NCBI GenBank assembly: GCA_041605395.1
Contig: JBFIYM010000003.1
Location: forward strand, 1-56,111
Source: Myxococcota bacterium
Lineage (GTDB): Bacteria > Myxococcota_A > UBA9160 > UBA6930
Length of the DNA: 56,111 nucleotides
Direction of reading: 5' to 3'
In this document: positions 1 to 8,933 of the stretch, piece by piece
How positions within the stretch are numbered: position 1 is the stretch's first letter
Layout of the letters: each line of letters opens with the position of its first letter
Notes under the pieces: model-generated
Database searches by the model: none
Told to the model about the DNA's origin: nothing
The model's input: only the letters and a program-made list of their open reading frames with translations
Translations under genes and position numbers: made by a program

Positions 1-1190
1 AAGGTCGTGCGGTTGGCGCGCTCGACGGCCTCCTCGACGTTCCGGTAGGGCAGCACGGGGAGCGCGGGGCCGAACTGCTCCTCGTCCACGATGCGCACCC
101 CTTCGGCCAGGTCGGCGAGGATGGTCGGCTGGTAGAAGTAGCCCTTGCCGCCCAACGGGGCGCCGCCGGCCGCAACGCGCGCCCCGTTCCTGCGTGCGTC
201 GTCGACCAGCTCCGATACGCGCTCGAACTGCGGCCGGTTGTTGAGCGGGCCCATCTGGACCCCCTCCTCGAAGCCGTCCCCGACCTTCACGCCGCCCGCC
301 AGCGCGGCGAGCCGATCGACCAGCGGTGTGTAGAGCTTCTCGGGCACGTAGACGCGCTTGATGGCGCTGCACACCTGGCCGCAGTTCTGGAAGGCGCCCC
401 AGAAGAGCTTCTCGGCCACCGCATTGACGCTGACGTCGTCGAGCACGATGGCGGCGTCGTTGCCGCCGAGCTCGAGGGTCAGGCGCTTGAGATCGGGGGC
501 GGCTGCGGCGGCCACCTTCTTGCCCGTCTCGGTGGAGCCGGTGAAGGAGATCTTTCGCGGCACGGGATGCGAGGTCATCCAGGCGCCGAGCGCGTCGCCT
601 CCCGAGACGACGTTCAGCACGCCCGGCGGCAGCACCTCCCGAAGCACGGCGCCGAGCGCCAGCGTGGTGAGCGGCGTGAAGGGCGAGGGCTTGATCACGA
701 CCGTGTTCCCGGCGAGGAGCGCCGGCGCGATCTTCCACACGCCGAGCAGCAGCGGGAAGTTCCAGGGCGTGATGGCAGCGACCACGCCGAGCGGCCGACG
801 GTGCACCTCGATGCGGCTCTCGGGCGTGTCGACCAGCACCTCGACGGGGATCTCGAGCGTCGCCGTGAACTCGAACCAGGCGGCCGAGCCCATCACCTCG
901 CCGAAGGCGTCCTTCATGGGCTTGCCCTGCTCGCGCACCAGGATCGGCGCGAGCTCTGCAGCCTTTGCCTTGATCGCCTCGGCGCAGGCGCGGAGCGCCT
1001 CGCGGCGCTTCTCGAGATCGGCCTGCCAGGGGCGGAGCGCGGCCCGGGCCGTCTCCATCGCGGCGTCGAGCTGCGCGCGGCTCGCGTCGGGCGCCTCGGC
1101 GAAGACGTCGCCCGTCGCGGGGTTGATCACGCCGAAGCGCTCGCTGGCGGCGACGGCCTTGCCGTCGATGGTCAGGGTGAAGTCGCTCAT
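1..1190 (-). CDS. Aldehyde dehydrogenase (3' end runs off the window)
   Basis: Minus-strand translation from ATG at 1190: MSDFTLTIDGKAV...INPATG, ITPWNFP, KPSPFTP, FTGSTETGK, LELGGNDA, FQNCGQVCSA, EQFGP. A GGAGG RBS lies upstream. Not in the ORF track because it has no stop in the window. Confidence 0.93.
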   Translation of the reverse strand, partial: MSDFTLTIDGKAVAASERFGVINPATGDVFAEAPDASRAQLDAAMETARAALRPWQADLEKRREALRACAEAIKAKAAELAPILVREQGKPMKDAFGEVMGSAAWFEFTATLEIPVEVLVDTPESRIEVHRRPLGVVAAITPWNFPLLLGVWKIAPALLAGNTVVIKPSPFTPLTTLALGAVLREVLPPGVLNVVSGGDALGAWMTSHPVPRKISFTGSTETGKKVAAAAAPDLKRLTLELGGNDAAIVLDDVSVNAVAEKLFWGAFQNCGQVCSAIKRVYVPEKLYTPLVDRLAALAGGVKVGDGFEEGVQMGPLNNRPQFERVSELVDDARRNGARVAAGGAPLGGKGYFYQPTILADLAEGVRIVDEEQFGPALPVLPYRNVEEAVERANRTT

Positions 1191-1223
1191 CGGGTCCTCC
1201 CGTCGGTTCCTCGAGGGTAGTCC

Positions 1224-3143
1224 CTATCCCGCCGTCGGGAAGCTGCCGTCCGACGGGCGGGGCGGAGCGGCGCGCGCGCCGGCGTCGAGGCCGAGCCCGT
1301 GCTCGCGGCAGTGGGCCTCGATGGCCGCGAGGAAGCGCTCGCCGAAGGCGGCGCGCTTCTTCTCGCCGATGCCGCGAATCGCGAGGAGCCGCCCTTCGCT
1401 GCTCGGGCGGATGCGTGCGAGCTCCTCGAGCGTCACGTCGCCGAAGACGATGTAGGGGGGAACGCCGAGCTCCTCCGCGATGTCGCGCCGCAGCGCCCGC
1501 AGCACCTCGAAGAGGGCGCGCTCAGGGTCGGCGAGCGCCGCGGCCGGGGCCGCGCCCCGCTTGCCGCGCCGGCCGCGCGCGGGCCTGGCGGCGCTGCCGA
1601 CGGCCTCCACGAGCACGGCGTTGCGCTCGTCGCGCAGCACCTCCCAGGAGCCGGCGGTGAGCTGCAGCACGGGGTACTCGCCGTCGCTCCGCTCGAGGTC
1701 GTCCGCCTCGATCAGCTGCTCGACGAAGCTCCCGAGGCGCTGCGCCGAGACGTCGGACAGCGCGCCGAAGGTCGGGAGCTGGTCGTGCCCGCGGGCCTGC
1801 ACCCGCTCGGTCGCGCGACCGCGCAGCACGTCGATCACGTGCCCCGCGCCGAACGCCTGCCGCGTCCGCGCGACGGCGGAGAGGATCTTCTGCGCCGTCA
1901 CGTGCGCGTCCGCGACCGGGACGAGCTCGCCGAGGCAGACGTCGCAGGCGCCGCAGGACTCCTTCTCGTAGGCCTGCCCGAAGTACTCGGAGAGCGCCCG
2001 ATGTCGGCACGCCACGCGGCTCGCGAGCTTCTGCATCTGGGCGAGCAGCATCATCTGCGCGGCCATCACCTCGGGCTCGGCCGTGCCCTCCGCCGCGCTC
2101 CGCGCCGCGAGGCTCCGCCAGCGCGCCGCGTCGCTGCCGGCGTGGAGCAGCAGGCACTCGGCCGGGAGGCCGTCGCGGCCCGCGCGCCCGGTCTCCTGCT
2201 GGTAGTGCTCGATGCTCTTCGGCAGCGCCGCGTGCGCGACGAGCCGCACGTCGCCGCGGTCGATGCCCATCCCGAACGCCACCGTGGCGACGACCACGCG
2301 CAGCCGCTCGGCGCGGAAGTGCTCGCTGACGCGGGTGCGGGTGACGGGGTCGAGACCCGCGTGGTAGGCGGCCGCGTCGACACCCCGCTGGCGCAGGCCC
2401 TCGGCGAGCTGCTCGGTGTCCCGCCGGGCGATGCAGTAGACGATGGCGGCGCCACCCGGATGCCGCTCGAGCGCGGCCGTGATCTGCTGGAGCCGGTCGA
2501 GACGCGGCAGCACGCGATAGGTCAGGTTCGGTCGGTCGAACACCCCGACGAGCCGCACCGGCTCCGCGAGACGGAGCTCGCGCGCGATGTCGTCCTGCAC
2601 CCGCGGTGTCGCGGTCGCGGTGAACGCATGGAACGGCACGCCGGGGAAGCGCTCGCGCAGCAGCCCGAGCTGCCGGTACTCCGGCCGGAAGTCGTGGCCC
2701 CACTGGCTGATGCAGTGCGCCTCGTCGATCGCGAACGCGCCGACCTCGCACGCTCCCAGCCAACGCAGGAAGCCATCGTTCATCAGGCGCTCGGGCGCGA
2801 CCATCAGCAGCCGCAGCCGGCCGCCTTCGAACGCGCGTCGCACCTCGGCCTGCTCCGCGCCCGGAAGGTTCGAGTGGAGCGCCGCGGCCGGATAGCCGGC
2901 CAGGCGCAGCCCCGCGACCTGGTCCTGCATCAGGGCGATGAGCGGCGAGACGACGACGCTCGCGCGCTCGCTCACGAGGGGCGGCACCTGGTAGCAGAGT
3001 GACTTGCCGCCCCCCGTCGGAAGCACGGTCAGCGCGTCGCGCCCGGCGAGCGCCGCCTCGATCGCCTCGCGCTGGAGCGGCCGCAGCGACGCGAAGCCCC
3101 AGGTCCGCTCGATCACGGCGTCGATGGCGGCGGCGTCGGACAC
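1224..3143 (-). CDS. recQ: ATP-dependent DNA helicase RecQ
   Basis: PTGGGKSLCYQ, DEAHCISQWGHDFRPEY, QETGRAGRDG, Zn site CRH...CGACDVC, RQC and HRDC domains. Start taken at GTG 3143. Confidence 0.95.
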   Translation of the reverse strand: MSDAAAIDAVIERTWGFASLRPLQREAIEAALAGRDALTVLPTGGGKSLCYQVPPLVSERASVVVSPLIALMQDQVAGLRLAGYPAAALHSNLPGAEQAEVRRAFEGGRLRLLMVAPERLMNDGFLRWLGACEVGAFAIDEAHCISQWGHDFRPEYRQLGLLRERFPGVPFHAFTATATPRVQDDIARELRLAEPVRLVGVFDRPNLTYRVLPRLDRLQQITAALERHPGGAAIVYCIARRDTEQLAEGLRQRGVDAAAYHAGLDPVTRTRVSEHFRAERLRVVVATVAFGMGIDRGDVRLVAHAALPKSIEHYQQETGRAGRDGLPAECLLLHAGSDAARWRSLAARSAAEGTAEPEVMAAQMMLLAQMQKLASRVACRHRALSEYFGQAYEKESCGACDVCLGELVPVADAHVTAQKILSAVARTRQAFGAGHVIDVLRGRATERVQARGHDQLPTFGALSDVSAQRLGSFVEQLIEADDLERSDGEYPVLQLTAGSWEVLRDERNAVLVEAVGSAARPARGRRGKRGAAPAAALADPERALFEVLRALRRDIAEELGVPPYIVFGDVTLEELARIRPSSEGRLLAIRGIGEKKRAAFGERFLAAIEAHCREHGLGLDAGARAAPPRPSDGSFPTAG

Positions 3144-3195
3144 GGCGCGGGAGTGTAGGCAGGCCCCAGGGAACCGCCCGCTCAGCGGCGGAGGT

Positions 3196-3711
3196 TCAGG
3201 GGCGGGCGGCACCGAGCACGAGGCGTTCCCCCGAAGCGTCGAGGGTGACGAGAGCGATCTCCCGCGGCGCCAGCTTCGTCTCCCGATCGAGATGCAGCGG
3301 CGGACGTCGGGCGCCCCCTTCGATCTCCTCGCGAAACTCGACCTCGATCCGATGCGGCCCCGGCGCGACCGGGATCTCCTCGAAGACGTAGAGCGGCCGG
3401 TCGCCACGAGCACCGGCCGGCTCCTGGACGGAGTCCCGCACGATCGTGCCATCGAGGCGGACGAGCAATCGGAACGGGGTGTGGCGACGTTCGCAGATCT
3501 CGTCCATGCGCATGTGCGGGGGCAGCGCCGCCAGCTCTTCGGCAGTCGGCTTCCGGCAGGCGCGGAGGGGCTCGGAGACGGTGCGCCAGGAGAGGCGGAT
3601 GAGCGCTTCGCCTTCGCCGTGCACCTGCCACGGCCACTGCGAAGCCAGCACCATCAGCGCCATGAGCGCGAGCGCCAGCAGGCCGCCGAGGATGCGCGTC
3701 ACCGCGCTCAC
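3196..3711 (-). CDS. Membrane-anchored hypothetical protein coupled to the cytochrome b fusion
   Basis: GTG start overlaps the upstream TGA (GTGA). One N-terminal TM helix, then CRKPTAEELAALPPHMRMDEICER. Confidence 0.75.
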   Translation of the reverse strand: MSAVTRILGGLLALALMALMVLASQWPWQVHGEGEALIRLSWRTVSEPLRACRKPTAEELAALPPHMRMDEICERRHTPFRLLVRLDGTIVRDSVQEPAGARGDRPLYVFEEIPVAPGPHRIEVEFREEIEGGARRPPLHLDRETKLAPREIALVTLDASGERLVLGAARP

Positions 3712-5264
3712 GACGCCCCCTCGCCGCTCGCCGTGGTCGCGCACTCGGCTTCGGGCAGGTCGGGAGCGAGCGGCTGCCTCCCGAGGGCTTGCACCTCGGC
3801 GCGTAGCGCCTCGAGCGCGGTCCGGACGCGTCGCGCCTCGCCCTCGGCGGCGTGGACCAGGCGCACGCGCCGGCGGTCCACGCGCTCCTGGAGCTCGGCC
3901 TCGCGCCCCTCGAAGAGGCGTTGCGCGAGCCAGGTCGCGCCCTCCCGGCTGGTGCAGTCGCGCGGCGGACACGCCGCCACGAGCACGCCCGCGGCGCCAC
4001 CGCGCAGCAGGGCCTCCACGACCGAGGTATGGAGATTCCCGCCGCAGCCCACGGGGAGGACCGGTGCGCCCTCGACCTCGTGCCGCGCAGCCAGGCCGCC
4101 CGCACCCCTGCGGCACGCCACGAGGACGACCTCGTCGCGCGTCTCGAGACGCTCGGCCGCGAAGGCCCGCGCGGCCGCGAGCTGCTCGCGGCCCGTGCGT
4201 CCCGGGGGCCCGACCGCCATCGGCGCACAGGAGGCCGCGCACACGCCGCACGAGACGCAGCGCGCAGGGTCCACGTGCGCCGCCAGTCCGGTGGGGTTGG
4301 TCGTGACGGGCAGCATCGTGATGGCGTCGAACGGACAGTCGATCGCACACTGCTCGCAGCCCGTGCAGAGGTTGGGGTCGACGAAGCTCGGCGCGGGGCG
4401 ATCGGCCTCTCGCGGTCGCGTCCACCAGGGAACCGAGAGAACCAGGGCGGCGCCCAACGTGAACGCGATCCAGCTCGCGCCCGGGCCCATCGCGCGGCTC
4501 ACCGGCAGCCAGAAGGAGTAGAGCCAGTCGACCGGGACCGGGCCCGGAAGGCGATCGAGGGCGGCCGGCGGGCCGAGCGGAGCCGGCGCCACGATCGAGG
4601 CGAGGAACAGGAGAGACAGGGTGGCCCCGGTGAGCGCGCGCGGGGGCAGCAGCACGGGCCGGGCGATCCGAGAGACGTGGAGCCAGAGGCCGAGCGCCAT
4701 CCCGATCGGAAGCGCGATGTGGGCGAAGAGGTTCAGGAAGAAGAACGCGCTCGGAATCGGCCGATCGCCCACGAAGGCGCGCCCGATCGGCTCCGAGAAG
4801 ATCGGGAGCGCGTCGAGCAGGCGAGCGCCCTCCTCGGCGAGGAGCTGGCCGTGCGCGTCCCACACCATGACGTAGCCGGTCCACCCGCACACGAAGGTCA
4901 GGAACAGGAGCGTCACGCCCGAGACCCAGGCCAGCGCGCGCGGTCCCCAGCTCCGCCCCTGCACGAGCATGCGAAAGCCGTGGAGCACGCCCGCCACGAC
5001 CGCGAGGTCCGCCGCGTAGCGATGAAGCGCCCGGATCCAGCGGCCGGAGAGCCACTGCGCGTCGATGCGTTCGATCGACTCGAAGGGGCCGCCGATGCGG
5101 TAGAAGAGCAGCAGGTAGAGGCCCGTCACCAGCATCACCGCGAAGGCGAGCAGGACGAGGGCACCCGACTGGTGCAGCGGGTTCCCGCGCCAGCCGTGGA
5201 GCCGCTGGAACACCACGTCGGCAGCGGCCAGGGGCCGGCGCAGGAGATCGAGAGCGGACGCCAT
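3708..5264 (-). CDS. Cytochrome b (di-heme) / 2x[4Fe-4S] ferredoxin / MvhD-like Fe-S domain fusion
   Basis: Four heme His in RALHRYAADLAVVAGVLH and AHIALPIGMALGLWLH, plus W.SGV..L and GWTGY.MVWD. Two clusters: CTGCEQCAIDCP and CVSCGVCAASC. C-terminal VAC...GCGG...ACPPRDC...EG resembles MvhD/FlpD. Confidence 0.85.
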   Translation of the reverse strand: MASALDLLRRPLAAADVVFQRLHGWRGNPLHQSGALVLLAFAVMLVTGLYLLLFYRIGGPFESIERIDAQWLSGRWIRALHRYAADLAVVAGVLHGFRMLVQGRSWGPRALAWVSGVTLLFLTFVCGWTGYVMVWDAHGQLLAEEGARLLDALPIFSEPIGRAFVGDRPIPSAFFFLNLFAHIALPIGMALGLWLHVSRIARPVLLPPRALTGATLSLLFLASIVAPAPLGPPAALDRLPGPVPVDWLYSFWLPVSRAMGPGASWIAFTLGAALVLSVPWWTRPREADRPAPSFVDPNLCTGCEQCAIDCPFDAITMLPVTTNPTGLAAHVDPARCVSCGVCAASCAPMAVGPPGRTGREQLAAARAFAAERLETRDEVVLVACRRGAGGLAARHEVEGAPVLPVGCGGNLHTSVVEALLRGGAAGVLVAACPPRDCTSREGATWLAQRLFEGREAELQERVDRRRVRLVHAAEGEARRVRTALEALRAEVQALGRQPLAPDLPEAECATTASGEGAS

Positions 5265-5379
5265 GCGGGGGCGGAGTCTTGCGGGGCCGGTGCGGGACGC
5301 AACGCGGCGGGGCGCCCCGGCGCTGGGGCGCGATGCCTCTACCGGATTGCCCCAGCCCCTTCCCGTCGGCGCAGCGGAG

Positions 5380-5395
5380 CGGCACGCGGCGTGCA
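5380..5395 (+). promoter_or_regulatory. Putative sigma-54 (-24/-12) promoter of the heme-copper operon
   Basis: CGGCACGCGGCGTGCA has GG-N10-GC spacing and is close to the consensus TGGCACG-N4-TTGCW. It lies about 25 bp before the first start codon. Confidence 0.6.
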
Positions 5396-5420
5396 GTCGC
5401 ACCGGGCGGAGGTGCCCGTG

Positions 5421-5585
5421 GTGGATCCGAACGAGCCCGAGTCGAACGAACGTGTCCCGCTGGGCCAGCGGCTGCTGGACCGTCCCTTCCTTCTCCTGAT
5501 CGCGTCGATCGTGGTGATGTTCGTCTTCTACACCGGCTGGGGAATGGTCGAGATCGCCTCGCTCGGGGATGCACCCCTGCCGTAG
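5421..5585 (+). CDS. Small single-TM accessory subunit of the heme-copper enzyme
   Basis: GGAGGT RBS then GTG. Sequence ...PLGQRLLDRPFLLLIASIVVMFVFYTGWGMVEI..., placed directly before subunit II. Confidence 0.7.
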   Translation: MDPNEPESNERVPLGQRLLDRPFLLLIASIVVMFVFYTGWGMVEIASLGDAPLP

Positions 5586-5642
5586 CGCCGGGCCGACGAC
5601 GCGATCGCAGAGCCGACACCCCGCGACGGAGGAGAGCACGGG

Positions 5643-6209
5643 ATGTACCGCACCGGAATCGAGGCACCCCAGGGCATCTGGTGGAAGCCGGTCCACCGCA
5701 GCGAGAAGGTCTGGGTCACCATCGCATTCGTCTGGTGTCTCGTGTTGTTCGCGATGATGCCGCTCTGGCACCTGCGCGGCGGGCAGAACCCGTCGGGCAT
5801 CCGCCATCGGGTCGAGCCCGAGGCTTTCCGGGCACGCGTGAACGAGTTCATCGCCGAGTACCAGGTCGACACCGACCAGGGAATGCCCGTGGTGGCGCCG
5901 CCGCCTGGGAGCCACATCTACCTGCAGGCCCAGATGTGGATGTGGCTGCCGGTGCTGCGGCTCGAGGAGAGCGCGGAGTACGTGCTCCATCTCTCCTCCG
6001 TGGACGTGAACCACGGCTTCAGCCTGTTCCCGCTGAACGTGAACTTCCAGGTCGTGCCCGGTTACGACTACGGGCTGCGCGTGAAGCCCACCCAGAGCGG
6101 GGAGTTCCAGATCCTCTGCAACGAGTTCTGCGGCGTCGGCCATCACCTGATGGTGGGCAAGGTGATCGTGGTTCCGGCCGGCTCCGGCGCCCCGGGAGCG
6201 GCGCGATGA
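5643..6209 (+). CDS. Heme-copper oxidoreductase subunit II (CuA)
   Basis: One TM helix. CuA ligands in DVNHGF and CNEFCGVGHHLM. Confidence 0.92.
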   Translation: MYRTGIEAPQGIWWKPVHRSEKVWVTIAFVWCLVLFAMMPLWHLRGGQNPSGIRHRVEPEAFRARVNEFIAEYQVDTDQGMPVVAPPPGSHIYLQAQMWMWLPVLRLEESAEYVLHLSSVDVNHGFSLFPLNVNFQVVPGYDYGLRVKPTQSGEFQILCNEFCGVGHHLMVGKVIVVPAGSGAPGAAR

Positions 6210-7924
6210 GCAGCCGAACTTGTCCGACGACGGGCCTCCAGGTGCATGCCACGGCCGACGCCTTGATCAAGTCGCACGCCGTCGCCGCGACGGTGGCGCT
6301 GCTCGTCGGCGGCGTGGCCGCGCTCCTCGTGCTGCTCACGCGGTGGCAGGCCGTCCACCTCCTCGACGCGGTGTGGTTCTACCGGCTGCTGACCGTGCAC
6401 GGCATGAACATGCTGATCTTCTTCATCATCTTCTTCGAGATGGCGGTGCTCTACTTCGCTTCCGCCGTCCTGCTCTCGTCTCGCGTGCCCGCACCGAAGG
6501 TCGGCTGGGCCGCCTTCGGCCTGATGGTGGTAGGCACGCTCCTGGTCGAGTGGACCATGTGGACCGGTCAGGCCGACGTGCTCTTCACGTCCTACGTGCC
6601 GCTGCGCGCCGCTCCCAACTTCTACCTGGGCGTGATCCTGTTCGCGGTGGGTGCGCTCGTCGTGGTCGGCCAGTTCTTCGCGACCCTCGTGGTCGCGAAG
6701 CGCGAGCGCACCTACACCGGCTCGGTGCCGCTCGTGACCTTCGGCGCGCTCACCGCCGCCATCATCGCGGCCGTGACGCTGCTGCACGGCGCCCTGGTCT
6801 ACATCCCCACCTGGCTCTGGTCGATGGGAATGATGCAGATCGACCCGCAGTGGTACCGGCTGGTCTGGTGGGGCCTCGGCCACTCCTCCCAGCAGATCAA
6901 CGTCGCCGCCATGGTGTCGATCTGGTACCTGCTCGGCGCCTTCACCGTCGGCGCGGTGGTGCTGAACGAGAAGGTGAGCCGCGTCGCGTTCGTCCTCTAC
7001 ATCCTGTTCATCTCGATGGCGTCGGCGCACCATCTGCTGGTGGACCCCGGCATGGGGCCGGCCTGGAAGGTCTGGAACACCAGCTACTTCATGTACATGG
7101 CCGTGCTCGCGAGCATGATCCACGGCTTCACCGTGCCGGCCGGGGTCGAGGTGGGACAACGCCTGCGCGGAGCGGGCCGCGGCCTCTTCGACTGGCTGCG
7201 CCACGCGCCGTGGGGCGACCCCGGCTGGAGCTCCCTGGTCTTCTCGATCACCGTGTTCGGCTTCGTGGGCGGCATCACCGGCGTCACCTTCGGCACCGAG
7301 CAGATCAACATCATCGCGCACAACACGCTGCGGATTCCCGGGCACTTCCATGCCACCGTCGTGAGCGGCACGGCCCTCGCCTTCATGGGCGTCACCTACT
7401 ACGTGATCCCGCTGATCTTCCGGCGCGAGGTGTCCTTCTTCCGGCTGGCCAGGATCCAGCCCTACCTGTTCGCGATCGGCATGCTGGTCTTCTCGATCGC
7501 GATGACGTTCGCCGGCACGTTCGGCGTGCCGCGGCGGCACTGGGACATCACCTTCTCGGGCGCGCCGTTCATCGCCCAGTTCTCCCCGGCCGTGGACGTG
7601 GTGATGGCCGTGACGGCGCTCGGCGGCCTGCTCGGCATCGTGGGCGGCGCGATCTACATCCTGGTGACCGTCCACTCCGTGTTCTTCGGCCGCCGGCTCG
7701 CGCCCGACGAGAGCGGCGTGGGCGCGGTCGGCAAGGGCCTGCCGCTCGGCATCGTGAAGCCGCCCCGCGCGCTCGGCCCTGGCGACGACGACAGCGCCCT
7801 GCCGGCGACACCGGTCGGCCCGGTTCCGGGAACGATGGTCCTGGTGGGCGTCTTCCTCGTGGCCTTCGTCGTCTACTACTTCGTGAACTGGAAGCTCCTC
7901 TCCGTGGTGTGGCAGGTCGGCTGA
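6206..7924 (+). CDS. Heme-copper oxidoreductase subunit I, B-family-derived, probably eNOR-type nitric oxide reductase
   Basis: LTVHG, WGLGHSSQQIN, SAHHLLVDP and HNTLRIPGHFH supply all six His ligands. The His-x3-Tyr tyrosine is replaced by Gln. ATG overlaps the subunit II stop. Confidence 0.85.
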   Translation: MSSRTCPTTGLQVHATADALIKSHAVAATVALLVGGVAALLVLLTRWQAVHLLDAVWFYRLLTVHGMNMLIFFIIFFEMAVLYFASAVLLSSRVPAPKVGWAAFGLMVVGTLLVEWTMWTGQADVLFTSYVPLRAAPNFYLGVILFAVGALVVVGQFFATLVVAKRERTYTGSVPLVTFGALTAAIIAAVTLLHGALVYIPTWLWSMGMMQIDPQWYRLVWWGLGHSSQQINVAAMVSIWYLLGAFTVGAVVLNEKVSRVAFVLYILFISMASAHHLLVDPGMGPAWKVWNTSYFMYMAVLASMIHGFTVPAGVEVGQRLRGAGRGLFDWLRHAPWGDPGWSSLVFSITVFGFVGGITGVTFGTEQINIIAHNTLRIPGHFHATVVSGTALAFMGVTYYVIPLIFRREVSFFRLARIQPYLFAIGMLVFSIAMTFAGTFGVPRRHWDITFSGAPFIAQFSPAVDVVMAVTALGGLLGIVGGAIYILVTVHSVFFGRRLAPDESGVGAVGKGLPLGIVKPPRALGPGDDDSALPATPVGPVPGTMVLVGVFLVAFVVYYFVNWKLLSVVWQVG

Positions 7925-8844
7925 TGGCGTCCGCGAGCGTGCTCGTGTCACGGAGAGACGGCGCGGCGGCGCTCGGGGCCCTGGCCTTCCTGGTCGTCGT
8001 CAGCGCCGCGTGGTGGGCGCTCGCCCTCTGGCCGACGCCGGGCGAGACCCCCGCCTGGCTCGCGCGCGCCCGCTACATCTGCTTCAACGCCGGCCCGAGC
8101 GGGCTGCCGGACGCCTCGGGCTGGCTGCTCCTGATCGGGCAGCCGCTCGGCATGCTCGCCGTGCTCATGGCGATCTGGGGCGACGCGGTTCGGAGCGGGC
8201 TGCGACGTGTCCTCGCCCGGCCCGCGGGCCGGCTCGCGCTCGGCGCCTGCGCGCTCCTGCTGCTGACCGGTCTGATGGCGGCGGCCGCTCGCGTGGCGAC
8301 TGCCCAGAACGAGCCGCCCCCGTTCGCGACGACGAGCGGGTCCGTACCGGACACGTACCCCCGGCTCGACCGACCCGCCCCGGATCTCGGGCTGGTGGAC
8401 CAGTCGGGGGCCCGCGTCGACCTCGAGACGTTGGACGGCCGGCCCGCCCTCGTGACCTTCGCGTTCGCCCACTGCGAGACGGTGTGCCCGGCCGTGGTGC
8501 GCGAGGTGGTGCAGGCGCAGGAGCGCCTGCGTGGCGCGGGCGATCCGGCCCGGACGCCTCGCGTGGTGGTCGTGACGCTCGACCCCTGGCGCGATACGCC
8601 CTCGCGCCTCCCGACGTTGGCGACGAACTTCGGCCTCGGCGCCGACGCCTTCGTCCTCTCGGGCACGGTCGACGAGGTCAACGCCGCCCTCGATCGCTGG
8701 GGCGTGGCGCGGCAGCGGGACGAGCGGACCGGCGAGGTGGCCCATCCGCCGCTGGTCTACCTCCTCGACGCCGAGGGCCACATCGCATACGCCTCGACCG
8801 CAGGCGGAACCGAAGCGCTCGTGGAGCTGCTCGGTCGGATCTGA
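7924..8844 (+). CDS. SCO-family copper chaperone with N-terminal membrane extension
   Basis: FAHCETVCP (CxxxC), TLDPWRDTP and the conserved His in VAHPPLVY. About 3 extra N-terminal TM helices. Confidence 0.88.
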   Translation: MASASVLVSRRDGAAALGALAFLVVVSAAWWALALWPTPGETPAWLARARYICFNAGPSGLPDASGWLLLIGQPLGMLAVLMAIWGDAVRSGLRRVLARPAGRLALGACALLLLTGLMAAAARVATAQNEPPPFATTSGSVPDTYPRLDRPAPDLGLVDQSGARVDLETLDGRPALVTFAFAHCETVCPAVVREVVQAQERLRGAGDPARTPRVVVVTLDPWRDTPSRLPTLATNFGLGADAFVLSGTVDEVNAALDRWGVARQRDERTGEVAHPPLVYLLDAEGHIAYASTAGGTEALVELLGRI

Positions 8845-8933
8845 GAGCCCGTTCCTTGGCCCTGGCCGACGATCTGGGCCAGCATCCGCTCCAGCGCTGA
8901 GCCCGGATCGGCGCTTCGCGCGAGCGGGGAATC

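Noticed and set aside
6206-7924. Ordinary ba3/aa3 cytochrome c oxidase call
   Set aside because: The cross-linking Tyr in helix VI is absent (HSSQQ).
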